DNA from: an uncultured Clostridium sp. | GTDB taxonomy: Bacteria; Bacillota; Clostridia; Christensenellales; CAG-138 | Direction of reading: 5' to 3' | NCBI GenBank assembly: GCA_964392455.1 | Contig: CAYMPG010000009.1 | Span: 6,896-70,895, forward strand | DNA: 64,000 nucleotides | Shown here: piece by piece, positions 27,701-36,246 of the stretch | How positions within the stretch are numbered: position 1 is the first letter of the stretch | Layout of the letters: each line of letters opens with the position of its first letter | Made by a program: the position numbers and the translations under genes | The notes under the pieces: generated by a model | What the model saw: the letters and a program-made list of their open reading frames with translations, nothing else | Told to the model about the DNA's origin: nothing | Databases searched by the model: none

Positions 27701-28341
27701 ATCTGAAGGTGGATGAGCTGCGTACTGCCATAAAGGCCCTTGGTGATGTAAACGTATCCTCAATAGAGGACTATCGCACCATAAAGGAGCGCTTTGATGA
27801 CCTTAATACCCAGTGCGATGATTTGACCAGGGCAGAGGCCGATCTTCAGGTGCTGATAGCCGATCTTGTTTCCACCATGGAGGAGGAATTCCGCCGCCAG
27901 TTCACACTGATACAGCAGAATTTTTCCGAGGTATTCGTGGAGCTGTTTGGCGGAGGCAGGGCAGAGCTGGTGCTGTCGGATAAGGACGATATACTTAATT
28001 GCGATATAGATATCATCGCCCAGCCCCCGGGAAAGAAGCTGCAGCTGCTTTCGCTGCTGTCGGGCGGCGAAAGGGCCCTTACGGCCATTGCGCTGCTGTT
28101 TGCCATACTCAAGCTCAAGCCCACTGCTTTCTGCATACTGGATGAGATAGAGTCCGCACTGGATGAGGCAAATGTAACGAACTTTGCAGAGTATGTACGC
28201 AATTACTCTGACGATACCCAGTTTATCCTCATAACCCACCGCCGGGGCAGCATGGCGGTATGCGATTCCCTTTACGGGGTGGCCATGGAGGAAAAGGGCG
28301 TATCCAAGGTAGTATCGGCAAGATTTACTGAAAACGCATAA
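24778..28341 (+). CDS. smc: Chromosome segregation protein SMC
   Basis: TTG start. Walker A GPNGSGKSN, long coiled coils, a hinge (around aa 520-640), and C-terminal LSGGERALTAIALLFA and ILDEIESALD. Confidence 0.97.
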   Translation: MRLTKIEINGFKSFAKKTEIQVEKGITAIIGPNGSGKSNIADAVRWVLGEQSARVLRGNKMEDVIFNGTEQRKPQSFCEVTLTLDNSDGRLPTDYAEVSVTRRVYRSGESEYLINRTQCRLKDISELFRDTGIGKEGYSIIGQGRVEEILSNKSNDRRNAFEEAAGVMKYRVRKEEAERKLDNTRKNLVRLNDILDELERQIGPLEEQSAAAREYLKLRDELKDIEVNVFLYQYDRLNERINTLTDSLKAYEAEIKRVSVTEASIGAECTAEEEKERWLSVAIGEMQSKLLAATQDVENRAGEAKLARERMANLAKDRERLEAEMQLSAKKQEDIRAELAEISASSQDAEDKRQDGAAALAETEKKLSDLEQSISQREDMLESQKQSMIEAMNRLSDARSRISRLEAIKTTLLSRIDEIKARQQDIQAEGDKLRREYDDVYGGFAKIKAEYDSISSRRTEAAVGLNELNMAIKRADEELRRKEQQMEAESSRVKVLHEMKRAYEGYYSSVRNLLRDADRDTALRRCIEGVVAELIRVPQEYESAIEMSLGSALQNIVTPTENEAKQVIEYLRAKQYGRATMLPVSSMRSRLLSSEERAMCNVEGFIGVASDLVGFDQRYRGIFENLLGRTVIVKDLDAGIAINKRARSSFRIATLKGDIINPGGSMTGGSTQKREFSLIGREREIEALTASIKEKQQAIERSAGERQRMEADIQQAGLALEQLSRELHEKDIEMATHREKVDVVLKYVEDNKGDMERSMMELSQIQDNIDNIDQQCAEATQDRSQWEQGNVASQEDVKKLQEELNGLRAEQAAVNQSLTERRVAMMALEKEHAAAQSNIKRLEREAAQLQETIGSAKAAIDEGMHRFVELQEQAGTLDDNISADRKDVDRLTDQLRSMEEERAKRLSAIDDMRERRETAAAELGDARERSHRAELNLNKAQLELQNMQDRIWNDYELTYENAQPLRRQIAITAAHLKVDELRTAIKALGDVNVSSIEDYRTIKERFDDLNTQCDDLTRAEADLQVLIADLVSTMEEEFRRQFTLIQQNFSEVFVELFGGGRAELVLSDKDDILNCDIDIIAQPPGKKLQLLSLLSGGERALTAIALLFAILKLKPTAFCILDEIESALDEANVTNFAEYVRNYSDDTQFILITHRRGSMAVCDSLYGVAMEEKGVSKVVSARFTENA

Positions 28342-28350
28342 GGAGGGGCT

Positions 28351-29247
28351 ATGGCAGGCTTTTTTGACAAGCTCAGGCAGGGGCTTTCCCGCACGGGAAG
28401 CGGCCTGGCCGCCATATTTCAGGGCGGCGGCATAAATGATGAATTCTATGAGGAGCTGGAAGAAGCCCTCATAATGGCAGATGTGGGTATGGAGACCACC
28501 GAAAGGCTGCTGGACAGCCTGAGGGATGCCGTTGCAGAGGGCAAGCTCAGGGAGCGGGCTGAGGCAAGGGAAAAGCTCGTGAGCATACTTGCAGACTTTA
28601 TGCGGCCTGAAAGCGGGTTCCTTGAGGGAGCGGATAAGGCGGTAATACTCATAGTAGGCGTAAACGGCGTGGGCAAGACCACCTCCATAGGCAAGATAGC
28701 CGCCTACTACAAGGCCCAGGGCAGGGATGTGATGATGGCAGCGGCGGATACCTTCCGTGCGGCTGCTGCGGAGCAGCTCACCGTATGGGCGGAGCGGGCC
28801 AATACCCCGATAGTAAAGCACGGCGAGGGGGCAGACCCTGCGGCTGTGGTATTTGATGCGGCGGCCTCATTTAAGGCAAGGGGCAGGGATATGCTCATCT
28901 GCGATACTGCGGGCCGGCTGCACAATAAGAAAAACCTTATGAATGAGCTGGAAAAGATGCGCCGGGTAATAGACCGGGAGCTGCCCGGAATACCTGTGGA
29001 GGCGCTGATGGTGCTGGATGCAACCACCGGACAGAATGCCATCGCCCAGGCGAGGGCATTTGGCGAATCTGCCGGCCTTACCGGTATAATACTTACAAAG
29101 CTGGATGGTACCGCAAAGGGCGGCGTTGCCGTGGCGGTAAAGGAGGAGCTGAATATACCGGTGCGCTTTGTGGGCGTAGGCGAGGGGATAAACGATATGC
29201 ATCCCTTTGACCCTGAGGATTATGCAAGGGCACTATTGGGCGAATAA
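28351..29247 (+). CDS. ftsY: Signal recognition particle receptor FtsY (short form, NG domain only)
   Basis: GVNGVGKTTSIGK, DTAGRLHNK and TKLDGTAKGG motifs. Confidence 0.96.
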   Translation: MAGFFDKLRQGLSRTGSGLAAIFQGGGINDEFYEELEEALIMADVGMETTERLLDSLRDAVAEGKLRERAEAREKLVSILADFMRPESGFLEGADKAVILIVGVNGVGKTTSIGKIAAYYKAQGRDVMMAAADTFRAAAAEQLTVWAERANTPIVKHGEGADPAAVVFDAAASFKARGRDMLICDTAGRLHNKKNLMNELEKMRRVIDRELPGIPVEALMVLDATTGQNAIAQARAFGESAGLTGIILTKLDGTAKGGVAVAVKEELNIPVRFVGVGEGINDMHPFDPEDYARALLGE

Positions 29248-29261
29248 AGCTACAGCGCAAT

Positions 29262-29295
29262 GGCGGGCTGCAAAAGCGGCCTGCTTTTTTGTTTG
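29262..29295 (+). terminator. Probable intrinsic terminator after ftsY
   Basis: GCGGGCTGC-aaaa-GCGGCCTGC (two G-U pairs), followed by TTTTTTG. Confidence 0.55.
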
Positions 29296-29363
29296 GTGAA
29301 AGGCTTTTTTAATGGGAACAAATAGCTTATAATTGGCTTTATGATGATACAGGGGGGTATCCA

Positions 29364-30119
29364 ATGGAAACTGCGCTGAAAAGGGGACTTAATTCAAATC
29401 AGCTTAAGCTAATAGCCATAGTCGCCATGACTATAGACCATATGTGCTGGATAATATGGCCGGGCTATCAGACGATGGGGTGGCTGCTGGCGCTGCACTG
29501 CATAGGCCGCATAACTGCGCCTACAATGTGGTTCTTTATTGCCGAGGGGTATCATTACACCCATAGCTTTAAAAAGTATGCGCTGAGGCTGCTGGCCTTT
29601 GCAGTAATATCGCATTTTGCCTATACCTTTGCCTTTGGTATATCCTTTTTGCCCTTTAAGGAAACTGCGTTTAATCAGACCAGCGTAATATGGTCTTTGT
29701 TCTGGGGGCTGATACTGCTAAGGGTAAATGGCAGCGAAAGGCTTGCCACCTGGCAGAAGTTGGCCATTATACTTATCACATGCGTGGTGACATTCTGCTC
29801 AGATTGGAGCTGCATAGCCACAATGGCGGTGCTGTATATCGGCAGCAACAGGGGCAACTTTAAAAAGCAGATGACCTGGATGATGATATGGGTAGCGGTG
29901 TATGCAGGGGTGTATTTTGTATTTATAGATAAGACATACGCTCTGGTGCAGCTATTTGCGGCGTTGTCCATACCGCTGCTGAAAAGCTACAACGGCCAGC
30001 GGGGAAGCTGGAAGGGAATGAAGTGGCTGTTTTATATCTATTACCCGGCCCATCTTGTCATATGCGGAATAATACGGCTGCTGCTCCATGGGGATATCGC
30101 CGTGATGATAGGCGGCTAA
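29364..30119 (+). CDS. TraX family membrane protein
   Basis: LKLIAIVAMTIDHMCWII and GRITAPTMWFFIAEGY are typical of TraX/PF05857-like polytopic proteins. Confidence 0.8.
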   Translation: METALKRGLNSNQLKLIAIVAMTIDHMCWIIWPGYQTMGWLLALHCIGRITAPTMWFFIAEGYHYTHSFKKYALRLLAFAVISHFAYTFAFGISFLPFKETAFNQTSVIWSLFWGLILLRVNGSERLATWQKLAIILITCVVTFCSDWSCIATMAVLYIGSNRGNFKKQMTWMMIWVAVYAGVYFVFIDKTYALVQLFAALSIPLLKSYNGQRGSWKGMKWLFYIYYPAHLVICGIIRLLLHGDIAVMIGG

Positions 30120-30126
30120 AAAAGGC

Positions 30127-30154
30127 TTGACATCAGGCGCAAAATCCGTATAAT
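30127..30154 (+). promoter_or_regulatory. Sigma-A promoter of the ylxM-ffh operon
   Basis: TTGACA (30127..30132), a 16-nt spacer, TATAAT (30149..30154). Confidence 0.65.
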
Positions 30155-30214
30155 AGTACGAGTGTAAAGCAAAAGTGCTTTACAGCCCTTTAAAAAGGCG
30201 GTGTTTACTGCTTT

Positions 30215-30544
30215 ATGGAAAAGCATATACGGCTCGGCATGCTGCTGGATTGCTACGGCCCGCTGCTGACAGGGCGTCAGCGGTCATTATTGGATCAGTC
30301 CGTAAATGAAGATTGCTCCCTTTCAGAGATAGCTGAGCGGGAGGGCATATCCCGCCAGGGTGTGCGGGATGCTGTGGCAAAGGCATCTGAGCAGCTCGAA
30401 GAATATGAAGCAAAGCTGGGGCTTATGGCACGGCGGGAGGCGCTCAGGGCGGAGCTTGGCAGGCTGAAGCTGGCAGCAGAAAAGGGGACCGTTTCCCCGG
30501 AGATGATTCAACGGCTAATGGAGATATGTGACGATGGCATTTGA
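30215..30544 (+). CDS. ylxM: YlxM/UPF0122 putative DNA-binding protein
   Basis: LLDCYGPLLTGRQRSLLDQSVNEDCSLSEIAEREGISRQGVRDAV (sigma-70 region-4-like HTH). It sits immediately upstream of ffh. Confidence 0.9.
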   Translation: MEKHIRLGMLLDCYGPLLTGRQRSLLDQSVNEDCSLSEIAEREGISRQGVRDAVAKASEQLEEYEAKLGLMARREALRAELGRLKLAAEKGTVSPEMIQRLMEICDDGI

Positions 30545-31868
30545 AGGCCTTTCCACAAAACTTCAAAATGTATTTAAAAAGCTGTCCGGCCGCGGCAAGC
30601 TTTCCGAAAAGGAAGTCAAGGAAGCCATGCGGGAGGTCAAGCTTGCGCTGCTGGAAGCAGACGTTAGCTTTACCGTAGTAAAGAAATTCATAAATTCCGT
30701 TACCGAGCGGGCTGTGGGTGCCGAGGTGCTGGAAAGCCTCACCCCAGGTCAGCAGGTTATAAAAATAGTAAATGATGAGCTTACCAGCCTTATGGGCGGC
30801 ACAAATGCCAAGCTGGAATTTGGCTCAAGGAATCCTTCCGTGGTGCTGCTGGCGGGCCTTCAGGGTGCCGGAAAGACCACCATGGCAGGCAAGCTGGGAG
30901 CTTACTGCAAAAAGTACTTTGGCAAATCCCCGCTGCTGGTGGCCTGCGATGTTTACAGGCCCGCTGCCATAAAGCAGCTTCAGGTGGTAGGCGAAAAGCT
31001 GGATATTCCGGTATTTGAGCGAGGCACTCAGAATCCTGCGAATACGGCAAAGGAAGCAGTGGAGTACGCCCGGCGCAATATGCTGGATTTGGTGATTGTA
31101 GATACCGCGGGCCGGCTGCATATCGATCAGGATATGATGGCTGAAATAGAGGCTGTGCGGGATGGGGTGGAGCCCTCCGAAATTCTGATGGTGATAGACG
31201 CCATGACAGGCCAGGATGCTGTAAACGCTGCCAAGGCCTTCAATGACGCACTGGAGCTTACCGGCGTTATCATCACCAAGCTGGATGGCGATACCAGGGG
31301 CGGCGCTGCCCTCTCGGTAAGGGAGGTAACAGGCAAGCCCATAAAGTTCTGCGGAAATGGCGAAAAGCTCACGGATATAGAGCCCTTCCATCCGGATCGT
31401 ATGGCCAGCCGCATACTGGGCATGGGGGATGTGATGACCCTCATCGAAAAGGCCCAGGAGAGCTTTGATGCCAAGAAGGCTGAGGAGCTTGCAAAAAAGA
31501 TAAAGACCAACGAATTTACTCTGGATGACTTTATGGCTCAGATGGAGCAGATGCAGAGCATGGGCATGGAAAGCATGCTTTCCATGATGCCCGGCGTGGA
31601 TGCAAGCAAGCTGGGGAATCTGCAGATAGACGAAAAGCAGCTTAAAAAGACCCTTGCCATCATCAAATCCATGACCCCCCAGGAGCGGGCAAAGCCTGAG
31701 GTAATAAATGCCAGCCGCCGCAGGAGAATAGCCGCAGGCAGCGGCAATACCGTGCAGGAGGTAAACCGCCTGCTCAATCAGTTCGATTCCTCACGCAAGC
31801 TGATGAAGCAGCTCAGCTCAGGGAAATTCGGCAAAAAAGGAAAGATGCGTTTTCCGTTCGGCTTCTGA
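30534..31868 (+). CDS. ffh: Signal recognition particle protein Ffh
   Basis: MAFEGLSTKLQ, GLQGAGKTT, DTAGRL, TKLDGDTRGGAAL and a Met-rich M domain. The ORF track opens 6 nt earlier at a GTG. Confidence 0.97.
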   Translation: MAFEGLSTKLQNVFKKLSGRGKLSEKEVKEAMREVKLALLEADVSFTVVKKFINSVTERAVGAEVLESLTPGQQVIKIVNDELTSLMGGTNAKLEFGSRNPSVVLLAGLQGAGKTTMAGKLGAYCKKYFGKSPLLVACDVYRPAAIKQLQVVGEKLDIPVFERGTQNPANTAKEAVEYARRNMLDLVIVDTAGRLHIDQDMMAEIEAVRDGVEPSEILMVIDAMTGQDAVNAAKAFNDALELTGVIITKLDGDTRGGAALSVREVTGKPIKFCGNGEKLTDIEPFHPDRMASRILGMGDVMTLIEKAQESFDAKKAEELAKKIKTNEFTLDDFMAQMEQMQSMGMESMLSMMPGVDASKLGNLQIDEKQLKKTLAIIKSMTPQERAKPEVINASRRRRIAAGSGNTVQEVNRLLNQFDSSRKLMKQLSSGKFGKKGKMRFPFGF

Positions 31869-31929
31869 GCCGGGATACCGCTTTCGATAAATACAAAAAT
31901 AATATAATATCTATTGGAGGAAAATTACC

Positions 31930-32172
31930 ATGTTGAAGATCAGGCTTCGTCGTATGGGCGCCAAGAAGGCTCCTTTCTATCGCATCGTTGTTGCAGATTC
32001 CCGTGCTCCCCGTGATGGCGCATTCGTAGAGGAAATCGGCTACTACAATCCCACTTCCGAGCCCGCCGAGCTGCACGTTGATAACGAGAAGGCCGCTCAG
32101 TGGATTAAGAACGGCGCTCAGCCCACCGATACCGTTCGCGGCCTGCTGAAGAAGACCGGCGCCATCCAGTAA
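31930..32172 (+). CDS. rpsP: 30S ribosomal protein S16
   Basis: [30 protein letters not shown]. Confidence 0.97.
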   Translation: MLKIRLRRMGAKKAPFYRIVVADSRAPRDGAFVEEIGYYNPTSEPAELHVDNEKAAQWIKNGAQPTDTVRGLLKKTGAIQ

Positions 32173-32198
32173 TGGCATCAGATCCAGCGAGGGACGCT

Positions 32199-32426
32199 AT
32201 GGGTGAATTGGTAAAGTACATCGCCATGAACCTCGTGGACAAGCCCGAGGAAGTTAAAATCCAAATCAAGGAAGGCGAAAATTCCACCATAATAGAGCTT
32301 ACCGTAGCTCCGGAAGATATGGGCAAGGTGATTGGCAAGCAGGGCCGTATTGCCAAGGCGATAAGGACTGTTGTCAAGGCTGCGTCTGTAAAGGAAAATA
32401 AAAAGTATGTGGTCGAGATAATATAA
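32199..32426 (+). CDS. KH domain RNA-binding protein (YlqC family)
   Basis: MGELVKYIAMNLVDKPEEVKI...GKVIGKQGRIAKAIRTVV. The start is chosen by comparison with the usual 75-80 aa family length; the ORF opens at 32172. Confidence 0.88.
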   Translation: MGELVKYIAMNLVDKPEEVKIQIKEGENSTIIELTVAPEDMGKVIGKQGRIAKAIRTVVKAASVKENKKYVVEII

Positions 32427-32487
32427 CCTCGGCTGTTGACAAAAAAGTGGGCAAAACCACTTTTTTGCGTAAAAGGAGAAAATACAA

Positions 32488-33003
32488 ATGGAATATCTTC
32501 GCATTGGCCTTATTGCCCGCCCCCATGGGGTGCAGGGCGCCGTTAAGCTGATACCCCTGTCTGAGGACATGAGCCGCTATCATGGCCTTAAGGAAGCATA
32601 CCTTGAGAGAAACGGCAGCTATGAGCCTATTACGCTGTGGGATGTGGGCGTACAGCCTGATGCGGTGTATGCAAGGCTTTCCTGCAGCCCGGACAGAAAC
32701 GCAGCAGAGGCCCTGAGAAACCTCTACATCTGCGTGGACAGGGCAAACGCCATAAAGCTGCCTGAGGGAAGGTATTTCATATCAGACCTGATTGGCTGCC
32801 GGGTAACGGATACCAGAGGGAATGACTACGGCACCCTTGCTGATGTGCTGGAGACCGGCGCAAATGACGTATACGTCATAAAGGGCGAAAAGACCCTCAT
32901 GGTGCCTGCGCTGAAAAAGCTGCTGCTGAAGGTGGACGTGGAAGCAAAGGCCGTGCTGCTGGATGGGGAGGTACTGGAGGAGGTGGGCCTCTTTGAGGAT
33001 TGA
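32488..33003 (+). CDS. rimM: Ribosome maturation factor RimM
   Basis: IGLIARPHGVQGAVKL and a PRC-barrel C-terminus (DLIGCRVTDTRGNDYGTLADVLETGANDVY). Confidence 0.95.
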   Translation: MEYLRIGLIARPHGVQGAVKLIPLSEDMSRYHGLKEAYLERNGSYEPITLWDVGVQPDAVYARLSCSPDRNAAEALRNLYICVDRANAIKLPEGRYFISDLIGCRVTDTRGNDYGTLADVLETGANDVYVIKGEKTLMVPALKKLLLKVDVEAKAVLLDGEVLEEVGLFED

Positions 33004-33727
33004 TATACTCACCCTTTTCCCGGAAATGTTTGAGGGGCCAATGGGCTCCAGCATGCTGGGAAGGGCCAGAGATAAGGGAATACTGGATATACGCCTGCAC
33101 AATATACGGGATTATTCCCAGAGCAAGCACAGCAATACTGATGATTATCCCTTTGGCGGCGGAGCCGGCATGGTAATGATGGCTCAGCCCATATTCTCCT
33201 GCCTGGATGCGGTGGATCCTGACCACGAGGCACTGAGGATAGTTATGGCACCCCGTGGGAAGACCCTCAGCGTGACCACTGCACGGGAGCTTGCCCTGAA
33301 AGACAGGCTGCTTTTCCTCTGCGGCCATTATGAGGGCATAGACGAAAGGGCCATGGAGCAGATGGATATGGAAATGTCCATAGGGGACTATGTGCTTACC
33401 GGCGGCGAGCTTCCGGCAATGGTATGCGTGGATTGCCTCAGCCGCTTTATTCCGGGGGTGCTGGGCAGCGCAGAATCTGCCGAGGAGGAGTCCTTTTCAG
33501 ATGGGCTGCTTGAATATCCCCAGTATACCCGCCCGGCGGTGTTCAGGGGGATGGAGGTGCCTGAGGTGCTGCTGAATGGCAATCATGCACTCATTGCAAA
33601 GTGGCGCAGGGAAAGGTCAATAGAGACCACCTACCGGGTGCGCCCTGAGCTGATAGATGAAGCCCGCCTGGACAAGAAGGAAAAGCTCTTTCTCAATGGG
33701 CTGAAAAATCAGGAAAACAGGCAATAA
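32993..33727 (+). CDS. trmD: tRNA (guanine37-N1)-methyltransferase TrmD
   Basis: TTG start gives [13 protein letters not shown]. Also [13 protein letters not shown] and GHYEGIDER. It overlaps the rimM end. Confidence 0.95.
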   Translation: MRIDILTLFPEMFEGPMGSSMLGRARDKGILDIRLHNIRDYSQSKHSNTDDYPFGGGAGMVMMAQPIFSCLDAVDPDHEALRIVMAPRGKTLSVTTARELALKDRLLFLCGHYEGIDERAMEQMDMEMSIGDYVLTGGELPAMVCVDCLSRFIPGVLGSAESAEEESFSDGLLEYPQYTRPAVFRGMEVPEVLLNGNHALIAKWRRERSIETTYRVRPELIDEARLDKKEKLFLNGLKNQENRQ

Positions 33728-33732
33728 ACCCC

Positions 33733-33761
33733 TTGCAAACACGGTAGCTGCATGGTATAAT
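33733..33761 (+). promoter_or_regulatory. Sigma-A promoter of rplS
   Basis: TTGCAA (33733..33738), a 17-nt spacer that ends in the extended -10 TGG, then TATAAT (33756..33761). Confidence 0.7.
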
Positions 33762-33836
33762 ATCTGCGTTTGTGACAACGGATGGTCCTCTGGCGGCGGA
33801 CAGTCGTATACGAACATTCGTAGGAAGGAGAATAAA
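33762..33836 (+). promoter_or_regulatory. rplS 5' leader, candidate L19 autoregulatory leader
   Basis: About 70-nt GC-rich leader with a hairpin (CGAAcaTTCG) abutting the AGGAAGGAG RBS. L19 leaders are known in Firmicutes, but I did not match this to the covariance model. Confidence 0.3.
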
Positions 33837-34190
33837 ATGTCCAACATCATCAGAGAACTCGAAAAAGAACAGCTCCGCAGCGACCTGCCCAAGCTGGAGA
33901 TTGGCGATACCGTTCGCGTATTCGTCAAGGTCGTTGAAGGCAACCGCGAGCGCCTCCAGAACTTTGAAGGCATCGTGATTAAGCAGCAGGGCGGCGGCAT
34001 CCGCCAGTCCTTCACCGTACGCCGTGTATCCTATGGCGTAGGCGTAGAGCGCACCTTCCCCTATCATAGCCCTCGTATCGGCCGCATCGAAGTGGTTCGT
34101 CACGGTAAGGTTCGCAGGGCCAAGCTGTACTACCTCCGCAATCGCGTTGGTAAGGCTGCCAAGGTGGTCGAACGCATCGTATCCAAGTAA
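33837..34190 (+). CDS. rplS: 50S ribosomal protein L19
   Basis: FEIGDTVRV-type motif ([29 protein letters not shown]) and [10 protein letters not shown]. Confidence 0.97.
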   Translation: MSNIIRELEKEQLRSDLPKLEIGDTVRVFVKVVEGNRERLQNFEGIVIKQQGGGIRQSFTVRRVSYGVGVERTFPYHSPRIGRIEVVRHGKVRRAKLYYLRNRVGKAAKVVERIVSK

Positions 34191-34309
34191 TCAAAGCCAA
34201 ACGGCAAGGCATTGCCCCTGTTCCTATGGAATGGGGGCTTGTTTTTTCTTGGCGGGGAGAGAAAATACTGGTATACTGATAAAATAGAGTAACGTAACAT
34301 GGAGGAAGT

Positions 34310-35203
34310 ATGCTTATTCAATGGTATCCGGGCCATATGGCCAAGGCCAGGCGGCAGCTTATTGAAAACCTTAAGCTGATAGACGTGGTGGTGGAGATAG
34401 TGGACGCAAGGGCGCCAAGGGCTACCCGCAACCCTGACTTTGATGACCTTTTTAAAGAGAAAAAGCGGGTGGTGCTGCTGAATAAGAGCGATCTTGCCTC
34501 ACCGGTGGAAACCAAAAACTGGATAGCCGCCTACAGAGGGCAGAATATAAGCGCAATAGAGTTTGTGGCCACAAATTCCGCAAAGAAAAAGGCCGCCCTT
34601 GACCTTATACAAAAGGCGGCAGAGGAAAAGATACAGCGGTCTCTGGATAAGGGAATAAAGAAAACCGTCAGGGTAATGGTAGTGGGTATACCCAATGTGG
34701 GCAAGTCTACCTTCATTAACCGCATAGCCGGTATGAACCGTACCATCGTTGGGGATAAGCCCGGCGTTACCAAGGGGCAGCAGTGGGTAAAAATTACTCC
34801 GTACCTTGAGCTGATGGATACTCCGGGGCTGCTGTGGCCCAAGCTGGAGGATGCGGTGCTTGCAAGGCATGTGGCCTATATCGGCTCCATAAAGGATGAT
34901 ATTATGGATACGGAGGAGCTGGCGGCGCTGCTGCTGAGCGACCTTATGGAGCTTTGTCCCGAGGAGCTCATGGCAAGGTACAAAAAGCTGGAAAAGGACA
35001 TGGCACCCGAGGAGCTGCTGGAGGGGGTATGCAGAAGCCGTGGCTTTGTGCTGAGCGGCGGAAAGCTGGATACCGAGCGGGCTGCAAGGATAGTGCTTGA
35101 TGAATTCCGCAGCGGCAAAATAGCAAGGGTCACGTTGGACAGGGCAGAAATACCCGCAGACGAGGGCAAGCCCGAGGAGGCCGCCAATGGCCAGGATGAA
35201 TGA
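34310..35203 (+). CDS. rbgA: Ribosome biogenesis GTPase A (YlqF/RbgA)
   Basis: IQWYPGHMAKA, circularly permuted G motifs (LNKSDL ... GIPNVGKST ... DTPG). Confidence 0.95.
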   Translation: MLIQWYPGHMAKARRQLIENLKLIDVVVEIVDARAPRATRNPDFDDLFKEKKRVVLLNKSDLASPVETKNWIAAYRGQNISAIEFVATNSAKKKAALDLIQKAAEEKIQRSLDKGIKKTVRVMVVGIPNVGKSTFINRIAGMNRTIVGDKPGVTKGQQWVKITPYLELMDTPGLLWPKLEDAVLARHVAYIGSIKDDIMDTEELAALLLSDLMELCPEELMARYKKLEKDMAPEELLEGVCRSRGFVLSGGKLDTERAARIVLDEFRSGKIARVTLDRAEIPADEGKPEEAANGQDE

Positions 35204-35816
35204 AGCTGAAAGGCTATTGGAGCTTACAAGGATAGAAACAGAATACTGGAGCAGGGGCATACTGCCTGCCGGCATGGACGAGGTGGGCAGGGGGCCTCTT
35301 GCGGGGCCTGTGGTAACGGCCTGTGTGGTGCTGCCGCCGGAGCCGCTGATAAAGTATGTAAATGACTCAAAGAAGCTGTCTCAGGGGCGCAGGGAAAAGC
35401 TGTATCCCGAAATAAAGGCGACGGCGCTGGCCTGTGCCACAGGCTGGAAAAGCCCCGAGGATATAGACAGCCTGAATATACTGAATGCCACCCGGCGAGC
35501 CTTTGAGGAGGCCTTTAACGCATTGGAAAGCAAGCCGCCGGTGGTGCTGCTGGATGCTATGACAGGAGTGGATATAGGGGCAGAGCAGCATTCCTTTATA
35601 CACGGGGATGCCCTGAGCTATCTTATTGCCGCAGCATCAATAGTTGCCAAGGTGGAGAGGGATAGATACATGGTGGAGATGGATGCCCTGTATCCCCAAT
35701 ATGGCTTTGCAAGAAATAAGGGCTACGGCACGGCAGAACACATTGCCGCATTGAAAAAATACGGCCCCTGCCCAATACACAGGCGCACCTTCATAAAAAA
35801 CTTTATAGGAGACTGA
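35187..35816 (+). CDS. rnhB: Ribonuclease HII
   Basis: GMDEVGRGPLAGPVV, DSKKLS and GYGTAEH motifs. Confidence 0.95.
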   Translation: MARMNEAERLLELTRIETEYWSRGILPAGMDEVGRGPLAGPVVTACVVLPPEPLIKYVNDSKKLSQGRREKLYPEIKATALACATGWKSPEDIDSLNILNATRRAFEEAFNALESKPPVVLLDAMTGVDIGAEQHSFIHGDALSYLIAAASIVAKVERDRYMVEMDALYPQYGFARNKGYGTAEHIAALKKYGPCPIHRRTFIKNFIGD

Positions 35817-35819
35817 CCC

Positions 35820-36173
35820 ATGAGCAACAGCCGTGAAAGGGGAATACGTGGGGAAAACATAGCCGCTTTGTATATGGAAAAAAGCGGCTTTACGCTTCTT
35901 GAGAGGAATTACCGGCGAACTGCCTGCGAGGTGGATATAATAGCCCTTGAAGGGGAGGTGCTGGTATTTACCGAGGTAAAGGCCAGAAGCAGCACAGCAG
36001 GCGGGCTGGGGCGGGAGGCCGTAAGCCTACGCAAGCAGCAGCGGCTTATAAGGGGAGCGCTGGAGTATATTGCGGAAAAGCGCGTGGACGATAGGTGCGG
36101 GCGCTTTGACGTGGCCGAGGTAGACCTTAATACAGGGGCGGTAAACTATATCAGAGATGCATTTCAGGTGTAA
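35820..36173 (+). CDS. yraN: YraN family (UPF0102) endonuclease-like protein
   Basis: GENIAALYMEKSGFTLLERNYR....EVDIIA......VFTEVKAR pattern. Confidence 0.9.
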   Translation: MSNSRERGIRGENIAALYMEKSGFTLLERNYRRTACEVDIIALEGEVLVFTEVKARSSTAGGLGREAVSLRKQQRLIRGALEYIAEKRVDDRCGRFDVAEVDLNTGAVNYIRDAFQV

Positions 36174-36246
36174 ATTTTTATGTATAGGGTGTGAAGCAGC
36201 ACGTACTGTGGTAAAATAAGCCTATAAAACATATTTCAGAGGTATT

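Noticed and set aside
33765-33772. Shared 8-mer TGCGTTTG just downstream of the -10 box of both the rplS promoter (33765..33772) and the rplM promoter (53761..53768), possibly a common regulatory motif.
   Set aside because: An 8-mer is expected about twice by chance in 64 kb on two strands. The same 8-mer also occurs inside rnc (about 24263). The spacing to the -10 box also differs: 3 nt at rplS and 8 nt at rplM.
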